Origin: Octopus vulgaris
Taxonomy: Eukaryota
Reading direction: 5' to 3'
Assembly: GCA_951406725.2 (NCBI GenBank)
Contig: OX597841.1
Coordinates: forward strand, 20,212,001-20,276,000
DNA: 64,000 nt
The notes beneath the pieces were generated by a model, which was given only the letters and a program-made list of their open reading frames with translations, made no database searches and was not told the origin of the DNA. The position numbers and the translations under genes were made by a program. Shown here piece after piece: positions 49,441-61,384 of the stretch; position 1 is the stretch's first letter; each line of letters begins with the position of its first letter.

Positions 49441-51799
49441 TGGTAGGTTTTTACATTCTTCACTTTCCCTTCCTCATAAAGTGTATCTTGAACATACTGG
49501 CCCCTTCGATCCCAGTTTGGGGTTTTAAATTCTTAGCATTTTAATGTCCAGCTAAAAATAGTCTCCCTGTTTTATGTCCAAACTGACCAAATCTGTCCAA
49601 TGTCGTTTAACATCTGCCTCCCATGCTAGCATGGGTTGGATGGTTTGACAGGAACTGGCCTGGTAGAAAACTACCCCAGGATACTGTGTCTGTTTTGGCA
49701 TAGTTTATATGACTAGATGTCCTTCCTAGCACCAACCACTCCACAGAGTGGACTGCTTGCATGTGGTACCAGCACAGGCAAGGTCAGTTGTGGCTGGTTT
49801 TACACGTTAAAAAGTAGAAAGATAGATGGATTGTTAGACAGATGGATAGTAAGATATAAAAGATCATTAAGTGCACATTAAAATGTTTATGCCAAGAGCA
49901 AACATTAGAAAAGCTTAGTTGCTAGTTTTAAGCTGTTGGCCAGTTTAAGGCCTCCAGCAGGTCCTTTCAGGTTGACTTCACTGGCAACCAAATCTTTAGT
50001 CTTAGGATAACTTCTTTGTTACCTTCCAACTTTGGAGGTCTAAAAAAAAAGGGGCCAAGGATGCCAACTTTTATGTTAAAAAAAAACAGGAAACAAATAA
50101 CAAAGAGAAAAAAACCTTCATGGCTGTGTGGTTAAGAAGCTTACTTGGCAACCACATGGTTTTAAGTTCAATCCATCTGAATGGCATTTTGGGTAATTGT
50201 TTTTCACTATAGTCTAGGGCTGACTAATGCCTAATGGAATTGGTAGGTGTGTAATCAGTGAATTCACACAATTTGATCATAGGCTGTTATTCATGTGACA
50301 ACTGAGTGGCGTAACTAGAACCTTCCATGAACACAGCCTACAAATACAGCTCAACTGACTGTCAAAACTTTAGAGTGATTTGGTTCCTGGTGGCATCCAC
50401 TCTCCACACAGCTGTTGTCACAACTATATATTCAACCTAGAATGATTGAAGAAGGCATACCATGGCAACAAGAATAATGTATTGAGATATAAAAATTAAC
50501 CTGAATGTTGAATTTCTAATGAAGACTTTCTGCACTTGTCCTCTCTGTTGTTTCATCTGAATATTTCTTCACTTGTATTGCACGAGCACATTCTTTATTA
50601 AAGTAACACTAAATTATGTTCATAAACAGAAAGCAGCTTTCCCATCATTGTTACAAGTGGAAACTGTGTGGAAGTCCATCCATCATCATCATTTAATACC
50701 TGTTTTCCATGTGGGCATGGTTGGATGGTTTGACAGGAGCTAGTGAGCCCCATTTGAGAAAAGAGAGAGGAGAGGAGGAGAGAAGATGGTGAAGAAGGTG
50801 TGTCTGGGCATACCCAAGTTACAGGGAGGTGAAGTGTTTAGAGAGGGTTGGACTGGATGAGAAGATGAGGAGTTCACAAGAGTGGGAGGCAGAGGGGAGG
50901 GGAATGTAGTGAAATGGGTGTGTGTGTGTGTGTGTGAGAGTGTCCTTCTCCTAGAAGAGTTGCATTCACCATGGCTAATGAGTCCCACCATGGTAATGAG
51001 GGTCTCCTTAATTAGCTGCACTATCAAAGCTATGACTGTTCAATGGGTGTAGATTGGGATCCTGTTTTGAAATGAAGCCTGGATCAGGACAACCAATATA
51101 GGAGAATAAAACTGATTTCAAATCGACTCACCACTGCTGACTTGCAGTTTCCTTATGAGGAAAAGCCCAGAAGCCACTCCAATATAAAACCTGCAGTCAA
51201 CTTAGTACTTGTAATCTTGTTTTTCTTGTTAAATGGAATCTACTATTTTGACCCAGAAAGTGGCAGAAGTGTTGTCCGAGCATTTGTAACTGAAATCATC
51301 ACTTTTCAAGGCTCCTATGATAATGGAGGTGTGGTGATGAATGCAAGCTTGACCAGTTGGAAGCAGACAATTACAAATCTGCACACAAGGGAATAGGGTC
51401 CTTATCTTAACATTGCTAACATGTTTTCATGGACAGGAACTGTTTACGGTGGAGAATCCTGTGTCTGAGCAGCTCTTTTAAGGAGAACATTGCTCACCTG
51501 GATATACTGGGAAGGTGCTAGAAAAGGTGCACTAAACATTTTCTGTCCTTTCTCTGCTGGTTAGTTTACTGTGGCTAACGGTGGTTCAATTTAGCAGGAA
51601 TGGACAAAGAATTGATATAAACAATGATAACAAGTGTGCGATGAAATAGTTTGTGCAGTTGTTTTGTTTTTCAAGATTTTTTTGCTTTTTTTAAAAAATT
51701 TAAGTTAATATTTTTGATTTAAAAATTTCTTTGTATTAAGTTAAAATATTTGTCTTATTTTAGTAGTATATTATTGTTTTACTTTTATTTTCTTACCAG

Positions 51800-52035
51800 G
51801 GCTGTTGCCAGCCTCGCCTGGCCTCCGTGCCAGTGGCACGTAAAAAGCACCATCCGATCGTAGCCATTTGCCAGCCTCGTCTGGCACGTAAAAAGTACCC
51901 ACTACACTCGCGGAGTGGTTGGCGTTAGGAAGGGCATCCAGTTGTAGAAACATTGCCAGATCAGACTGGGCCTGGTGCAGCCTTCTGGCTTCCCAGACGT
52001 CCAACCCATGCCAGCATGGAAAGCGGACGCTAAAC

Positions 52036-52062
<27 letters not shown>
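51800..52062 (+). mobile_element. RTE 3'-end fragment with long (GAT)n tail
   Basis: Close match to 22815-23090; ends cggacgctaaac(gat)n. Confidence 0.8.
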
Positions 52063-52066
<4 letters not shown>

Positions 52067-53869
52067 TCATCATCCCCGAATTTTAAATCCCAGCTATTAA
52101 GTTATAAAATTAAACTGACGTAGAATATATGTAATTCAAAAAATTAAAAATGATACAAAAATTTTTTTAAAAGAAACAAATGAACTAATAATTTCTAAGT
52201 TTGCATTATTAGATGGCAAAGCATTTTCTATTTACAGTTAGTAAAATATTTAAAAAAATGAAAGCTGATGAATAAATTGAGTTCAAAATGTAGAAATGAC
52301 TCTAGCTTTCCTTTAAAAATTGCAGGGGTTTATAGTGGTACATTTTGCTTAAATTGTTATCATGTAATTCTTTAAATATATAAATTTGTAATATCAATTT
52401 TTTGATACCTAAATTTGCAGGTGATTATTCTTTTCACTAAAATTGAAAATAAATAAGTTCTTGAGTATTTTAATTTAAAATTTTAAGTAAAAATAGAAAA
52501 TATAAAGGGGCATTTATTACTATTTTAGTTTTTAAATTCTCACTTGTAGCAAAATTTTAAGCTTTTTCTTCTTTTCCAGTTTCAATACATAAGAATATTC
52601 TAGCACTCAGTGCCCGCATTTTTTCATTCTGTTACTGCTTATTCTATACTTTTCTGTACTCAAGAATATTCTAAGATTCTGCATTCATATTTTTTATTCT
52701 AGTATATAACAGACAGACAGACTGATAGATAGATATACATATCTGTGTGTGTGTGTATGCATCAGGGTATATAACGGAGTCTATAAAACATAAGCGAGAA
52801 AGCAAAAAAGAAAACTAAAAACAACAGAAAACAAAGACAAAACGAAAAGATTAAAGCAAAACAAAAAAAAAGTGCTTTTCGAACGAAGTCCTTTGTAATA
52901 TTTGTTCTGCCACAATTTAAAGACACCCCCCCTGGCCATTCTCACCGTCAGAAATGTGGCGAACAATAAATAAACGTTCCTTCGGAAATTTGTAACCAAC
53001 GACGCTATTCTTCTCTCACCGTTTTATAAGATAGGTGTGAAAAAAGGGGGAAACAATTGTAATTTTTAAAGGAATTCACTTCAAAGGGGACTCGAACTCA
53101 GAACGTTAAGGATGTTATAGCAAAGTCGATGACTGAGAATTAAATGTTAGAGTGACGCAACGAGTTGCAGGTCGGAATAATTAACGTCAGTGGTTTTTTT
53201 CCACTTGGGGCTTTTTTTACATCCCACTGCTTTCGTGATATTTAATATTAGGTATATAAATAGCTTTGTACATACAGTTCTGGACCAATTGCTTGTCTTC
53301 TAGAAATCCGGAATAGTGTACACTATACTGTACTTGTATTGAAAAAACAAACTGCTTTTGAAGTTTGTTAATTTGCCAATTGTGTTAAAAATAGTTTTGT
53401 TTTTAATTTTTCTGATTAAATTTACTCTGCTTTAGAAGGAAGTCTACTCTGCTTTGTACCAGTTAAATAAAATCGTGTTCTTTACTTTTATTTGTCACTT
53501 GTAAGCATTATACTGTAACCATGGTATAGCATGATATATTTTAAGAATTTTATGTGGATTAATATTCTTTAAAAAGGCAGAAGGCCTGAAAATTTGAGGG
53601 GCGGGTCTGGTCGATTTGATCGATCCCAGTGCTTGATTAGTAATTGTTTCCCCACCGATGAAAGGCAAAGTCGATCGCTGCGGAATTTGAACCCATAACG
53701 TAAAGCTAGAAGAAATGCCTTCACGCATTTTGTCCCACATGCTCACCACCGTTGGTTAATCGATATCAAAAAGACCCTACTTTAGAAATGTGTTAATTTG
53801 AAACTGTTAAATACAATTTAGTTGTTTACTTTTCATGGTTTATTTTATATTTAAACTATATCCTTCGAC

Positions 53870-54519
53870 TGTCTCCAGAAAACCGGAAAACTCAGAAACC
53901 CGGGACACTTCCAGTACCAATGTTGCCGGATATTCGGTCCGTTGCCGAATAACATAGAGAAACAGCTTTATACGTGTATATTTTCTTGTGGTTGATGTCA
54001 TTAAAGCCATCTTCCCCATTCGTTGGCGAACTCCCATCATGCAACGGTCTCCTTTCTCTCAGTTCATCGAAAGTAGGCCAAAGCGAAGAAGCGAAACCGT
54101 CACCGACTCAAGTTGGCATTCCTTATTCAGATTCCCTCGCTCTCTCACACACACACACACCTACATGCACAGATATATATATCTGAGACACCTCCATACA
54201 CACACGCTCGACCAGTGCGTGATTGAAACCAGTCGGTAAGCGAAGGAGGGCAGCAAAGGCGACCAGCCCCGCTCTCTACATACATTAATTGGACGTTAAT
54301 TGACTTGCGTATATATATATATATACACTCGTATAGAGATCGTTTAGCGGCGAGTGGAAACCTTCAGCCCCAGTTTTACGTCCAACCGAAGAAAGAAAAG
54401 GAAGGAAAAATCGAGAGGAATAAGGAAACCTTCGTCGTCGCCAACAAAATCCGTCCGTCGCCTCCTAATCTCTCGTTTCGGTCTCTGTCTGCGATTCAAA
54501 TCTTTTCTACTCAAGCAAA
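53870..54519 (+). promoter_or_regulatory. CpG-rich promoter / 5' UTR region of flotillin-2
   Basis: About 650 bp with many CpGs and no recognisable TE, directly upstream of the FLOT2 ATG; strong donor-like TCG|GTAAGC at 54236. Confidence 0.55.
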
Positions 54520-54568
54520 ATGGGAAATATTCACACAGCCGGACCGGACGAAGCTCTCGTCATCTCTG
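54520..54568 (+). CDS. FLOT2: Flotillin-2 (reggie-1) first coding exon, MGNIHTAGPDEALVIS-G; remaining exons not found in window
   Basis: caaaATGG start; peptide matches the flotillin-2 N-terminus (MGNxHTxGPNEALxxSG) with Gly2 myristoylation site; 49-nt phase-1 exon ending G|GTAACT. Confidence 0.85.
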
Positions 54569-54830
54569 GTAACTATTCAAGTCGCCTTTCTTCAATTTAT
54601 TTTCAGCTTGGAGCCTCAACGGGATGTTTATGTGTTGTACGGGTGTATATAGATTGTGTTTATGTGTTGTACGGGTGTATATATATATATTTATTTACGC
54701 TTATACATGTATCTAGCGCGATAATACAAACACACTGCAACAGTGTGGGTGTGTATCTGTATGGACTGCAACAGTGTGTGTGTGTGTGTGTATTGCAGTA
54801 TATATACTGCAATAGTGTGTATACACATGC

Positions 54831-54876
<46 letters not shown>

Positions 54877-55344
54877 TACAACAGTATTTATAGCGGGTGT
54901 GTGTATGTTAGGTTTTGTGGAAAACGTGTGTGGGTATATATATATATACAGCAGCCTCAGCTTTAAATACTTTATTGTTTCCTGATCTGATATCTCTTCT
55001 TTTCTACTTAACAAGTGTGTATAATAAACCAAATATCGATTGTGTTGCAGTGTGCCTGGGTGGTGCTCCTTTATCCCGTGGGCCAGGCTAACAACAGAAG
55101 CTCTACATGGTTTCTTCTTCCACCCTGCAAGAAATAATTGTCATCTGCCCCTCTTAATTGCCTCACTCGTCTCAAAGGACGGCTTCATTCCATCAATGAC
55201 CATCTCGACACAAAATCTTCTCTGCTTTCCTCCCAATTTTGTTTCCTCATAACTTACTGAAAAATCTGTAATTTTCTTATAAGGAAATATTTTACAAATA
55301 CCTTTCAGCTGCTGTATATTACCCATTTAATATAGATGTGCGGG

Positions 55345-55394
<50 letters not shown>

Positions 55395-55605
55395 GTGTGT
55401 GTGTATATATTAGTGCGTATTCTAAGTTTATGCATTGTAGAGGTCTGCGTATAGTAGATATGTGTGTGTGTATATATGTGTTTGGTGGTTGTAATTGTAG
55501 AATATTAGGCTCTAAACGTGTTTCTAGTCTTTTTATTTGTTTAGTTCAAAATTTATATTTATAATCATTAATTGTTATGTGCATGCACATCTATATGTGT
55601 GCGTG

Positions 55606-55640
<35 letters not shown>

Positions 55641-55939
55641 ACACACACATATCCTCCCATTGAAATTTTCGGTTGTGCTGCAATGTTTATTATTTCGCAT
55701 CAGGTCATCCAGCAAACGAATCCTCGATCGACCGAGTCTTCTCTCCAAAGTCTCTCATCTTCTGCGGTTTTTCTTTCATTTTTATTTTTGTATTTACTTG
55801 ATCTAAAGACATTATATTATAGAATATAATGTTGTACATTATTTTCATCATATTATGGTGTGCTTTGCGAAATTTGACTGCTATTTCTAACACGTTTAGT
55901 TATCGATGTAGAAGTGAGTCTGTGAGGCTCTGCTGAGAG

Positions 55940-56270
55940 GCGCTGGCGTGGCTGTGTGGTTCAGAAACTTGCTTCTAAACCATCTGCTCTTTGGTTCAGT
56001 CTCTCTGCGCAACATCTTGAGCAAGTATCTTCTACTTATAGTCTTCGTTCCGTTACAAAAACACGAAAGGAAACGATACAACCTTGTGGCTAAACGTTAA
56101 CTGAAAGAAGCCCGTCATATACATATGTGTGTGTGTGTGTGTGTGTATTGTTTGTTTCCCCTCTGTGTTGGGAAAAAGACCAACAGAATAAGTATTGAAG
56201 TCGATTTGTTCAACGTTAACCCATTAAGTGCCCTAGCATGGCCGTGGTTCAACGACTAAAAAAGATAAAA
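55940..56270 (+). mobile_element. Decayed A+B SINE in FLOT2 intron 1
   Basis: ggcgctggcgtggctgtgtggttc...ggttcagtctc head and B-module remnants. Confidence 0.65.
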
Positions 56271-58262
56271 AAAAAATTCGGATCATTTCGGTTTGAACGG
56301 CAGTTTTTTCTCGCGGTGTCATACGAAATTGTCACCCATAATTATAACCCTTGAATCGATCTATTGCATTTCAATCTGTTTTAGGGTTAGGGGTGGGTAG
56401 AAGAGTATCAAGGTGCTTCTCTACGTGACACGCTCAAAACAGCAGCGAAATATCCCTCAAAATTCATCCTACAGTCTTAAAAGACGGGATGCCTGGATAT
56501 AACAAAAAGTGGGATGGTCATAACTGGAACACCCGTGACCATCCTCGCTGGCGTTATAGGCGGTCATCCTGTCTTGGGTTAAAGGTTGTGCTTCTCAACC
56601 GGGGTCTGTATGGCCCTTGCGGGTCCGTGTAAGATTTAGTTATTAAAATTTATGAGCAATAAATTGATTTTACTTCTACAATACACAAAATATTCCAACA
56701 AGTGTTTTTAAGGCAGATATCTGGTTTTAAGCACCCGTATAACCACCCATAACTTTATTCTTTTAGAATTTTTCAGAAAATTTTTGCTAATTTGTCTTCT
56801 ACTCACGGGAAATCACCCCCCCCATCATAAATCCTGAAGGCTCCACGCTTTTTCGAGTTTCCTTTATTTTTAAAGCCGAGTTTAAAATATGGACAGTTCG
56901 ATTTTTCTTTTGCTTAAATCCAACGAGGCAGCACCCTTGGGTGTGTCATCATTCTATTTAATGTGTTTATGGGGAGAAAAATATTGAAATACATCAATGT
57001 CATAGTGACAAAGAAACGACTGAGGTATCAGGTGGTCGTGAGATGTGTTAAAAATAACAGCCAAATCGCCCTTAAATCATATACACAAAAAGTTTCTGAA
57101 AATGCCCCCCCCCCCCCCCAATTTAAAAGTAATGAGGGGTTTAAAAGTAATTGGCTGTTTTTCTTATACGGTTCCAAATGATATTCAATTATGAAAATAT
57201 ATTTTAAAACATCAAATGGTATGAGGCTCCATTTGAGAGGAATAGGAATCAAAGAGAACCCCTGTTTTGAGGTAAAATGTATCTTTACATGCAAAATGCC
57301 TCCTTCCCTTGAAAAAAAAATTTTTTTTAGATATCAGGGTGTGATTTTGAGGTTGAGCGATATTTGGCTGCTCTTTCTAACATGTTTAGTGACTACGAAG
57401 ATGCGTCCTCTTCAAGACTATTTTACGATTCACTTTTCTGGCTTTTTGTATTTTATTCTGTGTACTGTGCAGGTAATTATTTATGTAGGACAGTAAATAA
57501 TAGTCTTTGTTGTTGATGGGCACGTGGGGAAACTGCACCGTGTGCGAATGTGTGTATATATATATGATACATGCCTCCACACACACACACACACACACAT
57601 ATATACACACTCACATTGTATATACTTTTATTTGTGTGTACGTACATGCATACACATATCTGTAAGTGTGTTTATATATGTATATATATTTATTTTATTA
57701 TTCTTAAACAAGAATGTTGTTGACAATGATTTCAGAGTTTCGGAGTCACTGTCAACACCATTCTTATATAAAAATAATAAATTTGTACTCTACAGAAGTA
57801 TAGAGCAACCCATCAGGTTAATTTAAAATTGTTTTTATTATAACCGAGCATAAACACACACACACATACACACATCTGATTGTGTGTGTAATAATAAAAA
57901 TGAGCTTCTATACTGTGCTCAGGTGTGCCACGAATTGTCTGAAAAGAGGACAGAAGATAACACTGAACGGAAACCAAAATTGCCTGCACAGAATAAAATA
58001 GAAAATGTCAGAAAAGTGAAGAGGAAAATAGTCTTGAAGAGGAAAATGTACATCAGAAGTTGTGTTGGTGAATTTAGGGAAGTATGGAATGATGCAGTTT
58101 CCAGACAACTAATATCATCATCATCATTTAGTATCCGTTTTCCATGCTGGTATGGGTTGGTTAGATGGTTTGACTAGCTGCACCAGGCTCCACCTTGTTT
58201 GGGCTGGTTTTCTAATGGCTGGATGCTTTTCCTAACATCAACCACCCTACAGAGTGTATGGC

Positions 58263-58450
58263 TGCCCTTTAACGTGTCGCCAGCACGGGTTCCCCTTAAC
58301 GTGTCGCCAGCACGGGTGCCCCTTAACGTCGCCAGCACGGGTGCCCCTTAACGTGTCGCCAGCACGGGTGCCCCTTAACGTGTCGCCAGCACGGGTGCCC
58401 CTTAACGTGTCGCCAGCATGGGTGCCCATTAACATGTCACTGGCGCTGGT
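58263..58450. repeat. 27-bp GC-rich minisatellite, about 7 copies, inside a minus-strand RTE tail
   Basis: Unit ccccttaacgtgtcgccagcacgggtg; explains the 9-aa periodic ORFs. Confidence 0.9.
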
Positions 58451-58682
58451 GACGACTACAAAAAAGGTGGCCAAAGTTGTTGAAAAGATGGTGGATAATG
58501 GTGTGGGCCTCAGCCACCAGGTGTTGAAATTTTAGCATGTCAGTGTTCAGAGAGGCATGACATTCAGAGTATAAATGTGTTTCCATCTGGTTGTACATCT
58601 CTGGAACAACTTCTGAACAGGATGGGGGTTCCAGAATGGGGGCACAAACTGTTCAGTGTGAATATGACTGCCACTTATAGCT

Positions 58683-59578
58683 TTAACCCTTTAGCATTCA
58701 AACTAGCCATATCTGGCCCAAATAGTCTACCTGTTTTATTGTCAGACTCTCATACTATATTCTAAAAAAAAAAAATATATATATATAGGTGCAGGAGTGG
58801 CTGTGTGGTAAGAAGCTTGCTTCCTGACTACATGGTTCAGGGTTCAATCCTACTGCATGGCACCTTGGGCAAGTGTTTTCTATTATAGTTGACCAAAGCC
58901 TTGTGAGTGGATTTGGTAGATAGAAACTGAAAGAAGCCTGTGGCCGAAATTGCGAGGATGATCCAGTTCTTGACTGAGGATAGAAAGCTTCGAATGACCC
59001 GTCCCTGTGTTTTTATGTATTGTCTATCTGGATGTTTTGTTGTCCCTTTCTGTATCACCTGTCTGGATATTTTGCGTTCTTGTCCCATTTTGTATACTTC
59101 CTTATACTTTTTTTCTGTATTGTTGTTTTTTTCTGTATTGTTACCTTTAACCATGTTTTTTCTTGTGCTTGTGTTGACGTATGTATGAACTTTTACGGTA
59201 CGCATGTGTGTGTGTATGAGTTTGTATATATATGCGGATACTTTTGGCGAAAAATGCGAGTGAAGATGTGTACGTTTTCATAGTGACGTATACGTACGCA
59301 CGTGGGTGCACGGGCGCACATGTGTGTGTATGAGTAGGCATGCTTACGTGTTTACTATGAACTTTTAACCTTATTTTAATTAGTGGTCATTGGATTAGCA
59401 CTTTTATATAAGTAGTGGAATTATAACACAGTAATTTCCCTTTATATAACGGTCTTTTTTCATAGCGTTTTTCAGATGGCCAGATAACCGAAGAGATGGT
59501 GTTGTGGATTTCCACCTCAGCATCTGAAACTCCTAGTTTTATCTTGGCTATTGAGTAATGTAACATATTATTTTACAG

Positions 59579-59610
<32 letters not shown>

Positions 59611-59935
59611 AATGTGTGAGCGTGTGTGTTTGTCTCCCCATCGCTACTTGACAACGGGTTTTGGTGTGTTTACATCCCTGTAATTTAGCAGTTCAGCTAT
59701 AGAGACTGATAGAATAAGTACCAGGTTTAAAGAATAAGTACTGGGGTTGATTCATTTGACTAAAAAGCCTTCAAGGCCCAGGATGGTTGCAGCCTGGCTG
59801 TGGTCTCCTGACTGAAACAGGTATAGGACCAGATGAAAATCCCATCATTGAAATCTGAAGGCTGTGAGGTAAGATTCATTTAAAACAATGTGAATAAATA
59901 AGTATTACATGTAACAAAGTAATCTGAATGCTAAA
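58683..59935. mobile_element. piggyBac-type MITE split by nested SINE and Penelope-like relic
   Basis: Left end ttaaccctttagcattc and right part catcattgaaatc...aatgctaaa both match the intact 9701-9925 copy; SINE A 58787-58940, SINE B 59620-59820 and a hammerhead-bearing segment lie between. Confidence 0.65.
59479..59548 (+). ncRNA. Hammerhead ribozyme-like motif with U4C core (CCGAAGA) in FLOT2 intron 1
   Basis: Stem I gcc-agataa / ttatct-t-ggc; core 59488-59494; stem II gatg...catc with inner gtgg/ccac hairpin; GAAA 59526-59529; stem III act-cct-agt; triplet GUU. Confidence 0.6.
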
Positions 59936-59959
59936 TATTTGGTGGGTGACTGACAAAGG

Positions 59960-61180
59960 TTTTATTCATGGACATTTAGAGATCTTTGGTCTTTTTGATG
60001 ATGTGGTTCATCCAATGCAGATCATTGTTGATAAGGATTCCTAAGTCATGTTGACCTGCAGAGTTTTTAAACTTAGTGTAGTCGGGAGGAGTTAGTAAAT
60101 TCTGGGCTTTTTCCTCCAAAAATCCTTAGCTGTGTGTTTATCTACAGCAAGCTTCGGTTGCTAGTGAGCAATTCAGGAAAAGATCTATAGCATATAGTTT
60201 CTGTTTCTTTTATCTCAAGGCAGAGCTTAATGTCATCTTTCATACTTCATGTTGATATATGCAACAAGAACAGATTTCTTTTAGTAAACAAAATGTCATT
60301 AAATGAGGAGTAGAATGTCCTGCTACTTCCTTTTGACTTGAAACAGTTCTAATGATTAGCCTTTGTGTCCATTGCAGAGAATTTCACCACAGGTCGTTTG
60401 TGTGGCATATGATTATAGGCGTTGGTAAAATCAAACCATAAACTGCCTTCTTTGATTCAGATGATATCTCCAAGAAATTTGGTGAGGTGTCCATAGCAAC
60501 TGAAGTTAAAAATAAATCCAAATTGTGAAGGTTAAATAAATTTATGAGAGTTCCAGAATCTCTCCCTGACCCAGGACACCATCAATCTGTCAAACTGGAC
60601 AGTAATGACAGGTGATATACAATTGTCCATTTTGAACAGAGGAATAACACTGGCAATGTTTTGGGTTAACACTTGAATTGGAAGGGGAGCAAAAGCTTGT
60701 TCAGTAGAAAGAGCCTGCTGCATTTGAGAAGCAAACAAATCCCTCACAATTAGGGAAAAGCAGTCATACAAACGCTTGAGGTGGTGTTGCAGCAATGCAG
60801 GAGTGAATTCCACAGATGCTATAGAATTTAACGACAGATGTGAAGATGGTACATTTGGATTTTTTCCAACAGTAAAAATGTCAGTATAGCATTGAAATCA
60901 TTAGTATTCTGACTTGTATGAGGATTATGAAGAGCTGGAGAGTGGGACCTCTGTTTCCCTATCACTTGAGTTGATTGCTCTGTGTTGTTCAGATTTAAGT
61001 ATTACCTTTTTATTTTAGACATCTATTTGATATGGTTGTATGCTCTGTTGTGCCTTGTATTATCCTCTCTTCTCTATATCTCTGTTGTTGTTCATCATCC
61101 TATCGTTCTTTCCTGGTAAATCAAGCTGTTGCAGTCTCCCAAATTTCTCTTTTGGGATTTCGAACTTGTTTTATGCACTA
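59960..61180 (-). mobile_element. Old CR1/L2-like LINE reverse transcriptase relic
   Basis: Minus strand ASVIPLFK, DFTNAYNHMPHKRPVVKF, a frameshifted Y-x-DDIKL and LGILINNDLHWMNHI, in correct order. Confidence 0.65.
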
Positions 61181-61384
61181 CTGATCAAAATGCAGATTGA
61201 AATGAAGATATGCTGAAGGATAGTCTTGACATTTCTGGAATCAAAAAATGCCAGCTAGTTTGGGCACAGGAATCGTAGTCAGCTTTGTTCCAAACAAAGT
61301 GAGCAGTTTGGAGGTGGTGACAGCTTTTCATTCTGCCCATAATGGACGTATTACTAATAAGTGTAGCATGATAAGAGTTGACTA

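Noticed and set aside
54569-54966. 148-aa ORF continuing from the flotillin ATG
   Set aside because: Similarity ends at the donor at 54569; the rest is intronic microsatellite.
58247-58535. Regular 27-bp repeats and periodic ORFs resembling a CRISPR array or repeat protein
   Set aside because: Units are contiguous with no unique spacers, derive from an RTE tail, and no cas genes are present in this eukaryotic DNA.
58974-59003. CTGAGGA...GAAT...GTC as an active hammerhead
   Set aside because: GAAA is altered and stem I is absent; at most a relic.
59935-59975. WWVTD string as flotillin-2 exon 2
   Set aside because: No acceptor, no preceding GCCGS/GGWAW context, and it sits at a MITE/LINE junction.
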